DNA of 64,000 nt from Octopus vulgaris (Eukaryota): positions 51,398,001 to 51,462,000 of the forward strand of contig OX597816.1 in NCBI GenBank assembly GCA_951406725.2. The letters run 5' to 3'. Of the stretch, positions 1 to 12,425 are shown piece by piece. The notes below the pieces were generated by a model, which did not search any database, was not told the origin of the DNA, and saw only the letters and a list, made by a program, of their open reading frames with translations. Position 1 is the stretch's first letter; each line of letters begins with the position of its first letter. The translations under genes and the position numbers were made by a program.

Positions 1-20
1 GTCAGTGAGAATTCGTCGAG

Positions 21-94
21 GAAGCGGAGGCCTACCACACGCCGATGATAGGCAATACACCTTGAAACCATGGTCCGTGTGTGGTTTCCGCTTC
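21..94 (+). ncRNA. Type I hammerhead ribozyme, copy 1 (core CCGAUGA, predicted cleavage after GUC at 75)
   Basis: Stem Ia CACACG(36-41)/CGTGTG(76-81); core CCGATGA 42-48; stem II AGG/CCT with loop CAATACA; GAAA 64-67; palindromic stem III ACCATGGT; TAC/T internal loop, then a 12-bp stem Ib GAAGCGGAGGCC/GGTTTCCGCTTC including two G-U pairs. Confidence 0.8.
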
Positions 95-379
95 ATCGGG
101 AATTACCTCCCTTTGCAGGTTTAGGGCACCGTGACGGTGTCGAGCCTTTCTGGTGACGTCGATGTTCGCCTGGGGCTAAATGCAACAGTAACACCCCCAC
201 CACCCTGCCCTGTCCGTAGCCATATTCAGATGGCTTTAGTCCCTTATGTTATCGAGCAGTTACTGTCTATATCCCTTTTAGAGAATTATTATTGCTTTCG
301 AACAGATTTTCGAAATCAGCAAATGTATTTTGCTTGAAAATCTATATAAGAAAATCCTGCAGAGTGAGAATTCGTTGAG

Positions 380-453
380 GAAGCGGAGGCCTACCACACG
401 CCGATGATAGGCAATACACCTTGAAACCATGGTCCGTGTGTGGTTTCCGCTTC
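380..453 (+). ncRNA. Type I hammerhead ribozyme, copy 2 (predicted cleavage after 434)
   Basis: Same sequence as copy 1: core 401-407, GAAA 423-426. Confidence 0.8.
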
Positions 454-833
454 ATCGGGGAATTACCTCCCTTTGCAGGTTTAGGGCACCGTGACGGTGT
501 CGAGCCTTTCTGGTGACGTCGATGTTCGCCTGGGGCTAAATGCAACAGTAACACCCCCACCACCCTGCCCTGTCCCTAGCCATATTCAGATGGCTTTAGT
601 CCCTTATGTTATCGAGCAGTTACTGTCTATATCCCTTTTAGGAATTATTGCTTTCAACAGATTTTCGAAATCAGAGAAATTCTATATAAAATCCTGCAAG
701 GTGAAATCGTTGAGATCTGTCTATATCCCTTTTAGAGAATTATTATTGCTTTCTAACAGATTTTCGAAATCAGCAAATGTATTTTGCTTGAAAATCTATA
801 TAAGAAAATCCTGCAGAGTGAGAATTCGTCGAG

Positions 834-907
834 GAAGCGGAGGCCTACCACACGCCGATGATAGGCAATACACCTTGAAACCATGGTCCGTGTGTGGTTT
901 CCGCTTC
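834..907 (+). ncRNA. Type I hammerhead ribozyme, copy 3 (predicted cleavage after 888)
   Basis: Same sequence as copy 1: core 855-861, GAAA 877-880. Confidence 0.8.
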
Positions 908-1088
908 ATCGGGGAATTACCTCCCTTTGCAGGTTTAGGGCACCGTGACGGTGTCGAGCCTTTCTGGTGACGTCGATGTTCGCCTGGGGCTAAATGCAAC
1001 AGTAACACCCCCACCACCCTGCCCTGTCCCTAGCCATATTCAGATGGCTTTAGTCCCTTATGTTATATATATTTTATTTTATAGAAGG

Positions 1089-1139
1089 AGCTTCTACAGG
1101 ACTAGAACTGTTTCATTCAAAAGAAATCATCAGGAAGCT
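1089..1139 (-). ncRNA. Type I hammerhead ribozyme (canonical CUGAUGA core)
   Basis: Reverse complement of the 1659-1709 motif. Confidence 0.75.
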
Positions 1140-1366
1140 AGGTGACAAGAGTAGTTTTGGCATTTATACATTTAGGCAGGTTTAAAGGGGTGGTGGTGGG
1201 GGACTTTTTAGGGGTAGGCATGGCGCAAACTATCATTCTTAGGGGAGTGGTCAAAGTGTCTATGTGTATGTGTATGTGTATATATGTATATGTCTATGTA
1301 TGTATATGTGTGTATATGTATGTATATGTATACATGTGTGTGTGTGTGTATGTGTATATGTACATG

Positions 1367-1399
<33 letters not shown>

Positions 1400-1658
1400 G
1401 TGTATATATATATGTGTGTGTATGTATATGTGTGTGTATATATACATGTATATGTATAAGTGAGAGTCTCCTTATTTACCTAAAACTCTATTTTTCTATT
1501 TATTCTTTTATTTATTCTTTTATCTACTTTACCACCGATTCCTTTGACCACTCCCCTAAGAATGATAGTTTGCGCCATGCCTACCCCCAAATAGTCCCCC
1601 ACCACCACCCCTTTAAACCTGCCTAAATGTATAAATGCCAAAACTACTCTTGTCACCT

Positions 1659-1709
1659 AGCTTCCTGATGATTTCTTTTGAATGAAACAGTTCTAGTCCT
1701 GTAGAAGCT
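1659..1709 (+). ncRNA. Type I hammerhead ribozyme (canonical CUGAUGA core, predicted GUA cleavage at 1703)
   Basis: AGCTTC-CTGATGA-T-TTC(tttt)GAA-T-GAAA-CAG(ttctagtc)CTG-TA-GAAGCT; stems I, II and III all pair. Confidence 0.8.
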
Positions 1710-3107
1710 CCTTTTATAAAATAAATTAATTTACTCTGCTATGTATTGAGTACCTTATTTACTGTGGTTAACCCCGACTCAACCCGGGACCTACATATAT
1801 ATATATATATATACAACTGTATATGTGTGTAAGAATGTGCGTGTATGTATGTTTGTACGTGTGCATGTATGTAAGTATCAGATATTTTCCTGATTCGAAT
1901 ATTGGTTTCACAGATCAATATTTAATAAAAGGTCCAGCAATTTCAATAAAACTTTATTCAAGCTACTGGCCACCCTCTTAAACTGATAAATACTACTACT
2001 ACGATGACACAAGAGTATCGAACGAATTAAAATTAATGTTGCTTCTAGGGAAAACATTTATATTCATTGTTTGTAGGCAAAGTATATCTATGGAGATATT
2101 TCGGTCTATTAGCGCTCCTCAGAAAGATATATTTTAAACAAGCCTGTTTATTAGTTGACAGGATTTTCCTAGCGGAATGAAGGTGAATGAATAATTATCG
2201 TCCACTATATTTGGACAGCATCATCAGTTAAATTTCACTGCCTTTGTATGAGGCAAGATATATTTTGTTACGGAAGAATTTCTATGTTCGGTTGCCTATA
2301 ATACTCACCGTTTCTTAATCAAAGTAATATTTCATATAACCCTTCAAAAACGATTAGGTCAGTATCCGGGCTTAATTTTACGAATGATTTGACACCGGGT
2401 GTGATGATGATAATATTGAGGATGATGAAGACGAAGAACAGGAGTAGAGGAGACGAAGGAGCAAGAAGAAGAAGGTATCATGAGTATGACACGAATAATA
2501 AATAGAAAGTAAAGGTGGAGGAGAAAGGCAACGTTAGCAACGATATAAATGACCAAGGCGACGACTTCGATGATGACGATGTTGATATTTATGATTCATT
2601 AAAGATGATTAGCAATAAAACATATCGCCGTCGTATCACAAGAATTAGTTTTCACTTAGAAACAAACAAGAATGGGTATCAATATACTTCAAATTGTAAA
2701 TAAAACTAAATTTAGAGTGATAATATATGTCGTGCAATTAGGGCTAATTGAATAAAAGTCTTGAATTAAAATTACCATAGTAAATAGACAATAATATAAC
2801 CTCGATGCCACAAAATTAGAGAATGATTTTTTCCTATGGAAATTGCCTAAATACATTAATATTAGTACATTAAAGGAAACTTTGAACGGGAAATGTTCTT
2901 TGTATATATTTCATATAACTATTATTCGTTGAAAAAAATCAAAAAAGAGACTACACCAAATTACACCCATAAATTTCTTGATTGAAATATATGAGAAGCA
3001 CTTTATTTCAAGATTGCATTCAAATAAAGTCGATGGCCGCACTCATTACTCTTATATAAGGCTGGATATCATAGGTATATAGTAGATAGATAACTGGATA
3101 CATAACT

Positions 3108-3460
<353 letters not shown>

Positions 3461-3811
3461 TGTATTTTTCAGTTAACTGTTGAAATTAATTATCTCATTC
3501 GGAAGTTTCATTTCTATAAAAATTTGTTTTCGATGTTCGATTCTTTTCATTGTAGAAAGGTTGTTTTTTTAAGATTTCGTAATGTACAACATATTAATGT
3601 TTTGTTTTTAATATTATTCTATACATTATGATGTATATAAGTTGTACTGCTTTCAATTACTAAATCAACATTTATGAGTTCTTAGGTATAAACAATAATA
3701 TGTCAATCGTTCTTAATTTCCAGTAATAAATATGTGTGCATATTTATATATGGTAGAAATGTAAATGTGTGTTTGTATGTGCGTGTGTATGATTGTGTGT
3801 GCGTGTGTTTT

Positions 3812-3844
<33 letters not shown>

Positions 3845-4914
3845 TCTGTGTTCATATGTATTTACGAATTAATTTTACAATGATTTACGAGAAGATATCT
3901 GACTACGATGTCTGTGTTTCGCGCTACCCTTCTTCAGTATTCTATTCTTTATTTGGATTCTTTTTGGCTCATACATTGTATGGCAAGCTGCAATTCTGAG
4001 TAGGTTGCGCTATGTGAATTCTAATTAGGTGATGTACACACTGGAAGATGTGTTGAAAGGAGGAATGGAAGTTGATAGACTCCTAGAACACATGTTTTTT
4101 AAAATCAGATATACTTTATCGTAAAAGATATGCCCATATGCTTTAATACAGTTAAATACGCCAACAACCTCGCCAAATATATGCTGAAGCGATTCCGCAT
4201 ATTTTCGTGTAAAGATATCCATATATACTCAGAGACCAGAGGCTATTTATCAATAAGGGTATGTGTAATGCACAGCCTGGTCAAAGTGATTAATCTGTAA
4301 CATTCAAGTTAGCGCCAAGCTTTTCTGTTTATTTGTAAATGAACATGTACTCAGCTAATAGCATTTTAGTAATACTACAGCTTCATGTTACAGCACTTTT
4401 CATTATAACTTGACTTAAAAACCAGCATTATTATATGTGTTTCTCTCGTTTGTCTCTCATTCTCTCTCTATCACGTTTTTCTACTCTTTCTCCCTGTTTG
4501 TTTGTTTTTAAAGTCTGTTTCTATCCGACACACGGAGTAAGCCGAAGTATATCCTCAGGTCTATGCAACGACAGTGCAAATACTTTCACCTCACTTAGGT
4601 AACGTACCTATCAATTGCAGTGCTAACCTCCGGATTTTGATGCAACTCGTATTCTTCTGAGGAGACACCAACACAATGAAAATAAGCGTCTTGTTCAAGG
4701 ACACATCGAGAAGTAAATAGATCTCCAACGGCATCAAAGGTATGTATTCAAATCTCTTTAATCAGTTTTGCTACTCACTGTCTTTACCATGTATAATTCT
4801 GACATTTCCAATGGTAAGTGCAAGTTTCTTAATCTGAATCTTTTAAATGTAAATTCTAGATGTTTTGAAACTTTTTCAGAGAGGTTAATCTTTGACTTCA
4901 TAGAAATATAAAAT

Positions 4915-5430
4915 CCTAATGTCTTCCAAAATAGTATTCTTTGTGCTGTAGCGCTCCAACCAGTTCATATATGTACTTCATATTAGTACACTGAAAATCT
5001 TGCCAATCAAGGTGCCCAGGCCCCTTGTCACGGCCTCCTTCATCATCAAAACACCTCGCCCAGAACGGCTCCTTCAACATGAGGAACAATCAAATGTCAC
5101 AGTGAAGAAGGTTGTGTCTGTAGGTAGGGTGAGGGGCACTTTTGATGCCAATCTCTGTCAAATAGTTGGGTGTAAGGTGGTATGACTGAGCAATATGGGA
5201 ACCAACACAGTACATATTTCACTCATATTGAGGACTTCATGAGGAATGCAATGTGTGGTTGCCACACCAACTCGAACTTTATGCTTATTGTCTATAGAGA
5301 TATGATGTTATTCATCCAGAAAATTGCGAACTTTCTCAACCAGGTCTCATGTTCTGATATCCATCTCCCCCTCACATCTCACAACATTTCTCGCATTCTC
5401 TCCACCGTTCTTGAAACACAAGTTAATCCA
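4915..5430 (-). mobile_element. Decayed mariner transposase fragment
   Basis: Minus-strand translation pieces 'CFKNGGE', 'LVEKVRNFLDE', 'LNMSEICTVLVPILLS' (WVPH-like) and 'YLTEIGIKSAPHPTYRHNLLHCD' (HPPYSPDLAPCD-like). Confidence 0.65.
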
Positions 5431-6539
5431 TAGTCATTCGGAGAAATTTTGTAAGCTTCTCTAGTGATTTTCCCAGTTTTGGTAACGGTATATTCAAATT
5501 ACCGTGATCAATAAAATTATAACTGAAACCTTCTAGAACGGTTTCAAACCTTCTGGAAATTACCTTGTATATTCTGGCTACTACATTTCATTCAGAATTT
5601 TGGAGGTAATCAGATATATAGTAAAAAATACTTGTGCATATGCTCCGTAGTAAGAGCGAATATGATTTTCCTTTTAAATTTTGAACCATACGTCTGTGTG
5701 GATGCAAGATTATGTGTACACATTACATATACACCCGAAGCCAAGAATTTATAAAATGTAACTTTACGATATATATTTTATCGCGAGGCAGGAAGCGCTA
5801 CTACTAACATTTGACATGGCTTGAAAATTGTTAATATGTATGTAATAGATACACAGATAAACTGACGGAAATTCTGTGAAAAATTATACTTTTATTATAG
5901 GTGCTGCAGACATGACTCTGTTGTTGTGAATCTCGCATTGCAACAACAAGACATCTTTTTCGGTCACACTGTGAGGCACCTTGCACAAGTGTAGTCTACT
6001 ACAAATCCAAGCTGTTCCGAATCTTGCAAGTGAATTCGGTTGAGAAAATTGTATGGAAACCCATCGTTACATAGCGTGTTTTGGAGGAATATATTATTAG
6101 TAGTATTACATAATACAGTATGTATATGAGAATTATAATATTTCTCTAAAATATACTGTAAAATTTTGATAACGTCTACGAAATAGAGAATAATTACATA
6201 GATTAACAGAATAATCTATAATTAGGTAGATTAAGAGAATAAAAATTCATGCCATCGTTTAATGTACCGAAGAGCTGTAGCGGTTTGCAGGAACTATGAA
6301 AATATTTATACTTTTCAAATACATAATTAAATTATATAATCTTCTAAAGCGTGAAACTCTTGAATCAGGAATTAAAAGAATGATTTCAGACTTTACTAGC
6401 TAAACATGTTAATTCACAAAACTGTGTTTTAAAGATGCCTCTCTTCATGTATTGCAAAAGGACATAATAGATAAGAATTGTTGCAATGAAAATTATACTC
6501 ATCATAGATCTCTCCCAATATTTCACCTTCCTTACTATT

Positions 6540-7049
6540 ATTGAATAAGAGAGCAGTGCATGCCATGAAAGTGACACTGGAGTAAAGTATACGAAGCCAT
6601 CGTGACTACCCGTCTGATAGCCATATGCATCACAGCCATATGTGCGCGACATGGTGATCTCATGACCTTGCAGGTGGGGGCCCAGTTAGAATTTTCTGCA
6701 GGATGAGTAGCCCTTCCCCTTCAAAATGTTTCTAAATAAGGGTTGTTTAAGGATGTTGAACGAAACACCAGAGGTTAATTATCTAAATCCCAAAGAGAGA
6801 ATTCCTCTCAGCACATGGCTATGACGTTCCCCCACTACTTCTGCTCGTCATCAGAGGCGCACATCTCGTTGGCCACTAAGGGACATGCTCAACTGGTTAA
6901 TGTCAAACAAGTGACAAGCAAATCTGTGGTATTGAGCAGAATATTTGTTGTAGCCAAACAATTAAACCACTCCAAATAAAGAAAAAAAATGTACCTGATA
7001 ACATTTCCAATCAGTTAAGATCAGAATCCATAAGAGTCACTGCCTGGTA
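6540..7049 (-). mobile_element. Diverged copy of the ~560-bp (TAA)n-associated non-coding element
   Basis: Colinear similarity to 38252-38810. Confidence 0.8.
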
Positions 7050-7690
7050 AGGCGGTGAGCTGCCAGAATTGTTAGCACGCCGGGCGAAATGCTAAGCGGT
7101 ATTCCGTCTGCCGCTACGTTCTGAGTTCAAATTCCGCCGATGTCGACTTTGCTTTTCATCCTTTCGGATAGATTAAATAAGTACCAGTTACGAACTGGGG
7201 CCGATAAAATCGACTTAATCCGTTTGTCTGTCCTTCTTTGTCCTCTCTGTGTTTAGCCCCTTGTGGGTAGTAAAGAAATAGGTATTTCATTCGTCAAAGG
7301 CGGCGAGCTGGCAGAAACATTAGCACGCCGGGTGAAATTCTTAGTGGTATTTTGTCTGCCGCTACGTTCTGAGTTGAAATTCCGCCGAGGTCGACTTTGT
7401 CTTTCATACTTTCGGGGTCGATTAAATAAGTACCAGTTACGCACTGCGGTCGATATAATCGACTTAATCCGTGTGTCTGTCTTTGATTGTCCTCTCTGTG
7501 TTTAGCCCCTTTTGGGTAGTAAAGAGATAGGTATTTCGTCCGTCGCTACGTTCTTAGTTGAAATTCCGCCGAGGTCGACTTTGCCTCTCATTCTTTCGCG
7601 GTCGATAAATGAAGTACCATTGAAACATTGGTGTCGAGGAATCGATTTGTCCCCTTCTCCAAAATGTTGCCCCAGTAGCAAAATTTGATA
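7050..7690 (+). mobile_element. Three tandem copies (two near full-length, one partial) of a tRNA-derived SINE with a Meta-domain-like core
   Basis: Head GGCGG(T/C)GAGCTG..AGAA..TTAGC; B-box-like GAGTTCAAATTCC; core GACTTTGC.TTTCATCCTTTCGGGGTCGATAAA; copies start near 7050, 7298 and 7530. Confidence 0.8.
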
Positions 7691-7745
7691 GTTATTATTA
7701 TCATCATCATTATTAACATTATTATTATTATCATCATCATCATCT

Positions 7746-7796
<51 letters not shown>

Positions 7797-9640
7797 TGAA
7801 TGTTATCGTAATAATCATGATTATCCTCGTCTTCACTGTCATCATCATTATCATCATCATAACTACTACCAGTATTGTTACTTCAAAAAACTAATTCCTT
7901 TTAATTAAATGAAAACTAATTTTGAGCTGCGCTATAGAAAATATATACGTATTCGTTATATATGTAACCTCTAGAACGTATTTTCCTGGAATGTCACCCA
8001 CACATTTTTTTTTATTAATCTTATAGATATTACTAATGGTAAATAGTACATATAACGTACTTAGCTCGTTATTTCATATTTCTATATATTAATAACATAA
8101 TGTTTTAGTTACATTTCACTTTCAGGAAATTTCTTTGGAAATATACGTACTTTGCCTGTTTTGTATATTATAACCCTAAACATATATAAACATCCCACGC
8201 TTCCTATAGCCCTAAATCGATATTTCCCCTTCATTGATAGCTCCTAAGAACCTTGAGAAGTGATGGTTGAAACCCAGAGTGTTGGAACCTCATCATTCGG
8301 CTTTACTAACTCTGTTCACGTCCGAGTATACGTTAAAACGTACTCGTAACGAGAAAAGAAAACAACGGCTTAGGATTCTTCTTTTACGAATGCATTTATT
8401 TACTTTCTGTATCAAAATCATTTTGAACCAAACTTTACGTGTTTATCTTGTTTCATCTTCTCTCTTTTACTCTTTTACTTGTTTCAGTCATCTGTGGGCG
8501 GCCGTGCTGTTTCTGCTTCCTTCGTATTTTATGCAAATCACGTTTGGAGAATATTATCATTGAGTTTCTGATAGCGCTATATTTGCTGACCTTGCACTTT
8601 GTTGCTATTGATTTTCTGGTATTTCTAAAATGACAATTCTTTTCTCCGTTGCGTCAGAGAAATCGTCATTTATTCCATGACCTAATGGCGCCAACTTTTC
8701 GTTAACTCATCTTCCGATGTATTCACGTCGAAGTTAGAAATTATTGTAATTCCTTTTCCTTTAGAGACCAGTACTTATTGACCGAAGAAAATGTGAGATT
8801 ACTGCACTCAAGCAAGAACGATTTACATATTTTACTTCCCTACTTCTTTAGTGATATCATGATGACTTTCAGAAATAAGGTTATGAAATATTACTACCCT
8901 GAGCATTGCGTCTTAACTTCTTCCTTCACAAAACGCGTACATTCATGGCACTCGAACAATAAATGAACGGTAATATTATTGGAATTTCATTGTGGTTTAT
9001 TTTATTGTAACTTTTTACTATTTCACATTTTTCACTCATATATACGCGCACAGGTTTAATGTATAAATAGGTGCAAATATATTTTTTTATCTCAACAAAT
9101 TTCTTTGAAAATATAGGTTTAAATTTTAACTATTGTGCCTATTTTAAATACATCAGAAACTTTCTAAGAGAAAGTTAGAGGTAGATAAATTGGTAGATCG
9201 ATCGATTGATCGATAGAGAGATAGATAAAAGAAAAAAGGATAAACAGACACATAGATACATTCAAATACATACTTAATACATGCACGTGCACATACATAC
9301 AAAGATACTTACATACAAAGATTGCATATAGATATATATTGATAGATATATTAAGTGTTCAGTTTTAGCTTAATTCACAGTATTAGTTTAACGGATAATA
9401 TTATTTCTTGCCGAGTCAATCCTAGTTGAGCAGTTCCATGATCACAGGCTTTCTACCCATGCTTTTCCACTCTTTTTGATCCTATATAATCATCTCTTAT
9501 GTAATCCAATAAGAACTTTTCATCGTAACAACTGTAAGGTCTGAATTCAGAAGTAAAATTGTGTTGTGACTACTTACAGTCCAGATCTTGGGTAGAATAT
9601 TCCCTTTTGTGTAGAGCAAAGTGTCACTGAATATTTAACC

Positions 9641-10520
9641 CACTTACTTGCTTACTTGTTTATGGAAGTCTATCTTGACAGATGACAACATCGTCTTTGA
9701 TCCTTAGGGGTTATCTTGATGGCGTTGGTAGGCCCTCTCGTGGCTGTAAGGCCGATTCTGGAGGCACATGACCCATTACACTGAGAGCAGCTAAGAGGGA
9801 TCCTACTAAGATGAGCTCGTCTAGGATTTTGCTGACGTTCCTTGAGCTGTCTCCGCTTTACTTCACAAAGTCTAGTCCGCTCATCCTCAAAATGTTGTAT
9901 GCTAGTTTTGACCATACCCCTCCCTGTAGTAGGGTCTGTGGCCATTGTTTCAAGTTCTGAGCGCCACATTTTCAGGACCGAGGTGGATGTTCGTCTACGG
10001 GTCCATCCAACAATGACCATTTTACATATGGCACCTATATGCAGGACTCCTACTAAAGGCTTCCAACTACATCCTAGTCTGCCCCCTTTGCCAGTTGATC
10101 CCATCGCCGCAGGATTTGCAGAGAGGATGAAAAAGAATGAAAGATGAAAAGCGAAGCTTGTGTTGTGAAAAGTTTAAGGTGCCGGAGAGGATGCACAGTT
10201 CTCAGCTGCACGCACTTGACAGAAGGCGAGTGGGGTTCAATGGCAAGAGGAGTCTCGAGATTATTGACTCTTGTCTTGTTCTGCAACGTGGCTCCGGAGT
10301 TGGTGGATAAGATCCTATACTCCGACTGGGGACCAGCAAGTCCGGTCCTGTTTGCAGGCTTCCTGCGGCAAGCTGACGGAACTCCTCTTTGTCGTAGTTC
10401 ACCTTTATAGCCAGCTTGCATGGCATCGCCCACAACCGCCTTCACTGGGAACAGATCCTCTGTTGGGGACTTGCAATAGCAGAGCTCCGTTAGCCAGGTT
10501 TTCAGGATTCGGGCCCTAAG
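9641..10520 (-). mobile_element. Internally deleted RTE-clade LINE (GC-rich 5' region fused to the ORF C-terminus)
   Basis: ORF 9670-10104 ends with ELETMATD..GRGMVKTSIQHFEDER..KRRQLKER..CSQCNGSCASRIGL, a typical RTE C-terminus; CAAGTAAG repeat tail near 9643-9660. Confidence 0.75.
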
Positions 10521-11177
10521 TATAAATATAAAAGTACAAGCTTTTTCTTTTTATTTACCCCACACCTACTAAATCAATCGCGGATGTGCAAACTTCAATC
10601 CAAAAGCATCCCCAACATGAGAACAACGTTACTCACTTGAAAAATCCATATGCCTGAGCATATTTTTCAATATGGTTCTACTTTTCAGAGATGTCAATTC
10701 ATATTTTAAGAGAAATTTAGCTACTATTTCCAACAGGTGTGGCATTAACTTGGAAGCTACCTAACTGAATATGCATCTTGATCATTAACATAAATACAAT
10801 TAAGGTGGGAGCCGTTGTTTTTGTTGTTAATTTTATTATCGTTGTCGTCGTCATCATTGTGCTACTGTTAGGATTTGGAGAGCCTTCATCTTGCATTACT
10901 ATAATCATAAATATCTAGGTAATATCATGTCGTATTTGTCTGCAAGAGTTTATCAGAGACTGAATTAACAAATACGTCCTTCATTACATGAGAATTTGCC
11001 GATTAAAACATTATCGTCAACATTGCGATCTGATTATTTGTTCTCATATTTAAATTCTCTTTCTATGTGTTCATACTCAGCTCGAGTTTGAGTAATCTAG
11101 TGATGAAAGACGTTTCCGCGATGGCTATCCTGCACTAAAGTTGGACATCAACACGAAATTTTGCTTAATGTCATTTG

Positions 11178-11215
11178 AGATAGGTAGATAGATAGATAGA
11201 TAGATAGTAAGAGAA

Positions 11216-11255
<40 letters not shown>

Positions 11256-11276
11256 TAAGATAGATAGATAGATAGT

Positions 11277-11335
<59 letters not shown>

Positions 11336-11420
11336 GTAGGTAGGTAGGTAGGTAGGTAGGTAGGTAGGTAGGTAGGTAGGTAGGTAGGTAGGTAGGTAGA
11401 TACAAAGGTAGATAGATAGA
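11178..11420. repeat. (GATA)n/(GGTA)n microsatellite
   Basis: Seen directly. Confidence 0.95.
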
Positions 11421-11849
11421 GAGTGGGGGTGAATTGGCTGCTATTTTAACCTCGAAAGATTTTCTCTTTAGCTATTCTGAGTTGCCTGATGGCAGCTTTC
11501 CTTATCAAACAAAACGACGAGAAGGATGCAAAAAACGACAAAACGTATATCAGAATAGATAAGGCTATTTGTGTGAGCGTGTGCGTGCGTGTGTGTGTGT
11601 GCGTGTGTGTATGCGTGTGTGTGTGTGCGTGTGTGCGAGTGTTTATTAGAACTACATTATCCATATATGTTACTTTAAGAATGTATGGTGCCCTTTCAGG
11701 AACATTTAACTGCTTTGGCAAGCATTAAAAGCAAACCGTATGTTTAATGTAGCCACTGTACAGTGTGTTATGTCTCTTTTTATGTATGCATAAGTGCGTG
11801 CTTCTAATGAGTAGCAGAGTTTGGGACAAAGAATTCTGTAGAATGGCTT

Positions 11850-12425
11850 CAAATTTTGGCATAAGACCAGAATAGCGGGGTAAACCGATTTCATTGACGC
11901 AAGTATTCAACTGGTACTTATTTTATCGACCCCGAATGAATGAAAGACAAACACGACGACTTTGGCGGAATTTCACTTCAGGATGTGAAGACAGACGAAA
12001 TGCCGCTTAGCATTTTTCCTGAAGTGCTTACGATTCTGCCAGCTTTTTGATTAGAAAAAAAATGGTGTAGTCACAGGTGGAACACTAACGCACAAATGTT
12101 AAACCCAGCCCGAAACATTATTCCGACATTAAATTTGTATAGAATTGTAATCTCCCTTGTTGTCGACATATATCGGATTAAAATAAAATAACGTTATGTT
12201 GAGAAGCTTCTCTAAAGTGGAGATTTCGAAGAGCAAATACAAAAAAATTCAAGTAACATTAAAACAATTACATTGACGCAACTAATCAACTGGTACTTAT
12301 TTTATCGACCCCGAATGAATGAAAGACAAAGTCGACGACCTTAACGGAAATTGACCTCAGGATATGAAGACAGACGAAATACCGCTTAGCATTTTTCCCG
12401 AAGTGCTAACGACTCTTCAGCTTTC
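11850..12425 (-). mobile_element. Two copies of the Meta-like SINE (about 11850-12045 and 12272-12425)
   Basis: Reverse complement of the 7050 family core (TTTATCGACCCCGAA..ATGAAAG). Confidence 0.7.

Larger units (their letters stand above)
1..1064 (+). repeat. Tandem array of three near-identical ~360-bp GC-rich structured units (candidate non-LTR retrozyme), cut by the window start
   Basis: Unit starts (AGTGAGAATTCG) at 4, 363 and 817; periods 359 and 454 bp. The second period carries a ~95-bp imperfect internal duplication near 640-735. Each unit holds a hammerhead fold. Confidence 0.9.
1072..1725. mobile_element. Inverted pair of ~185-bp PLE pseudo-LTR-like repeats (1072-1256 and 1542-1725) around a TA/TG microsatellite
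   Basis: The arms are near-perfect reverse complements and each contains a hammerhead fold. Confidence 0.75.

Noticed and set aside
1-1064. CRISPR-like array
   Set aside because: Units are ~360 bp and identical throughout, with no unique spacers or cas genes, in a eukaryotic context.
131-1145. Repeated ORFs MTVSSLSGDVDV... and MVGVLLLHL...
   Set aside because: They arise from the tandem repeat, use non-ATG starts, have variable ends and show no domain similarity; RNA structure explains the unit better.
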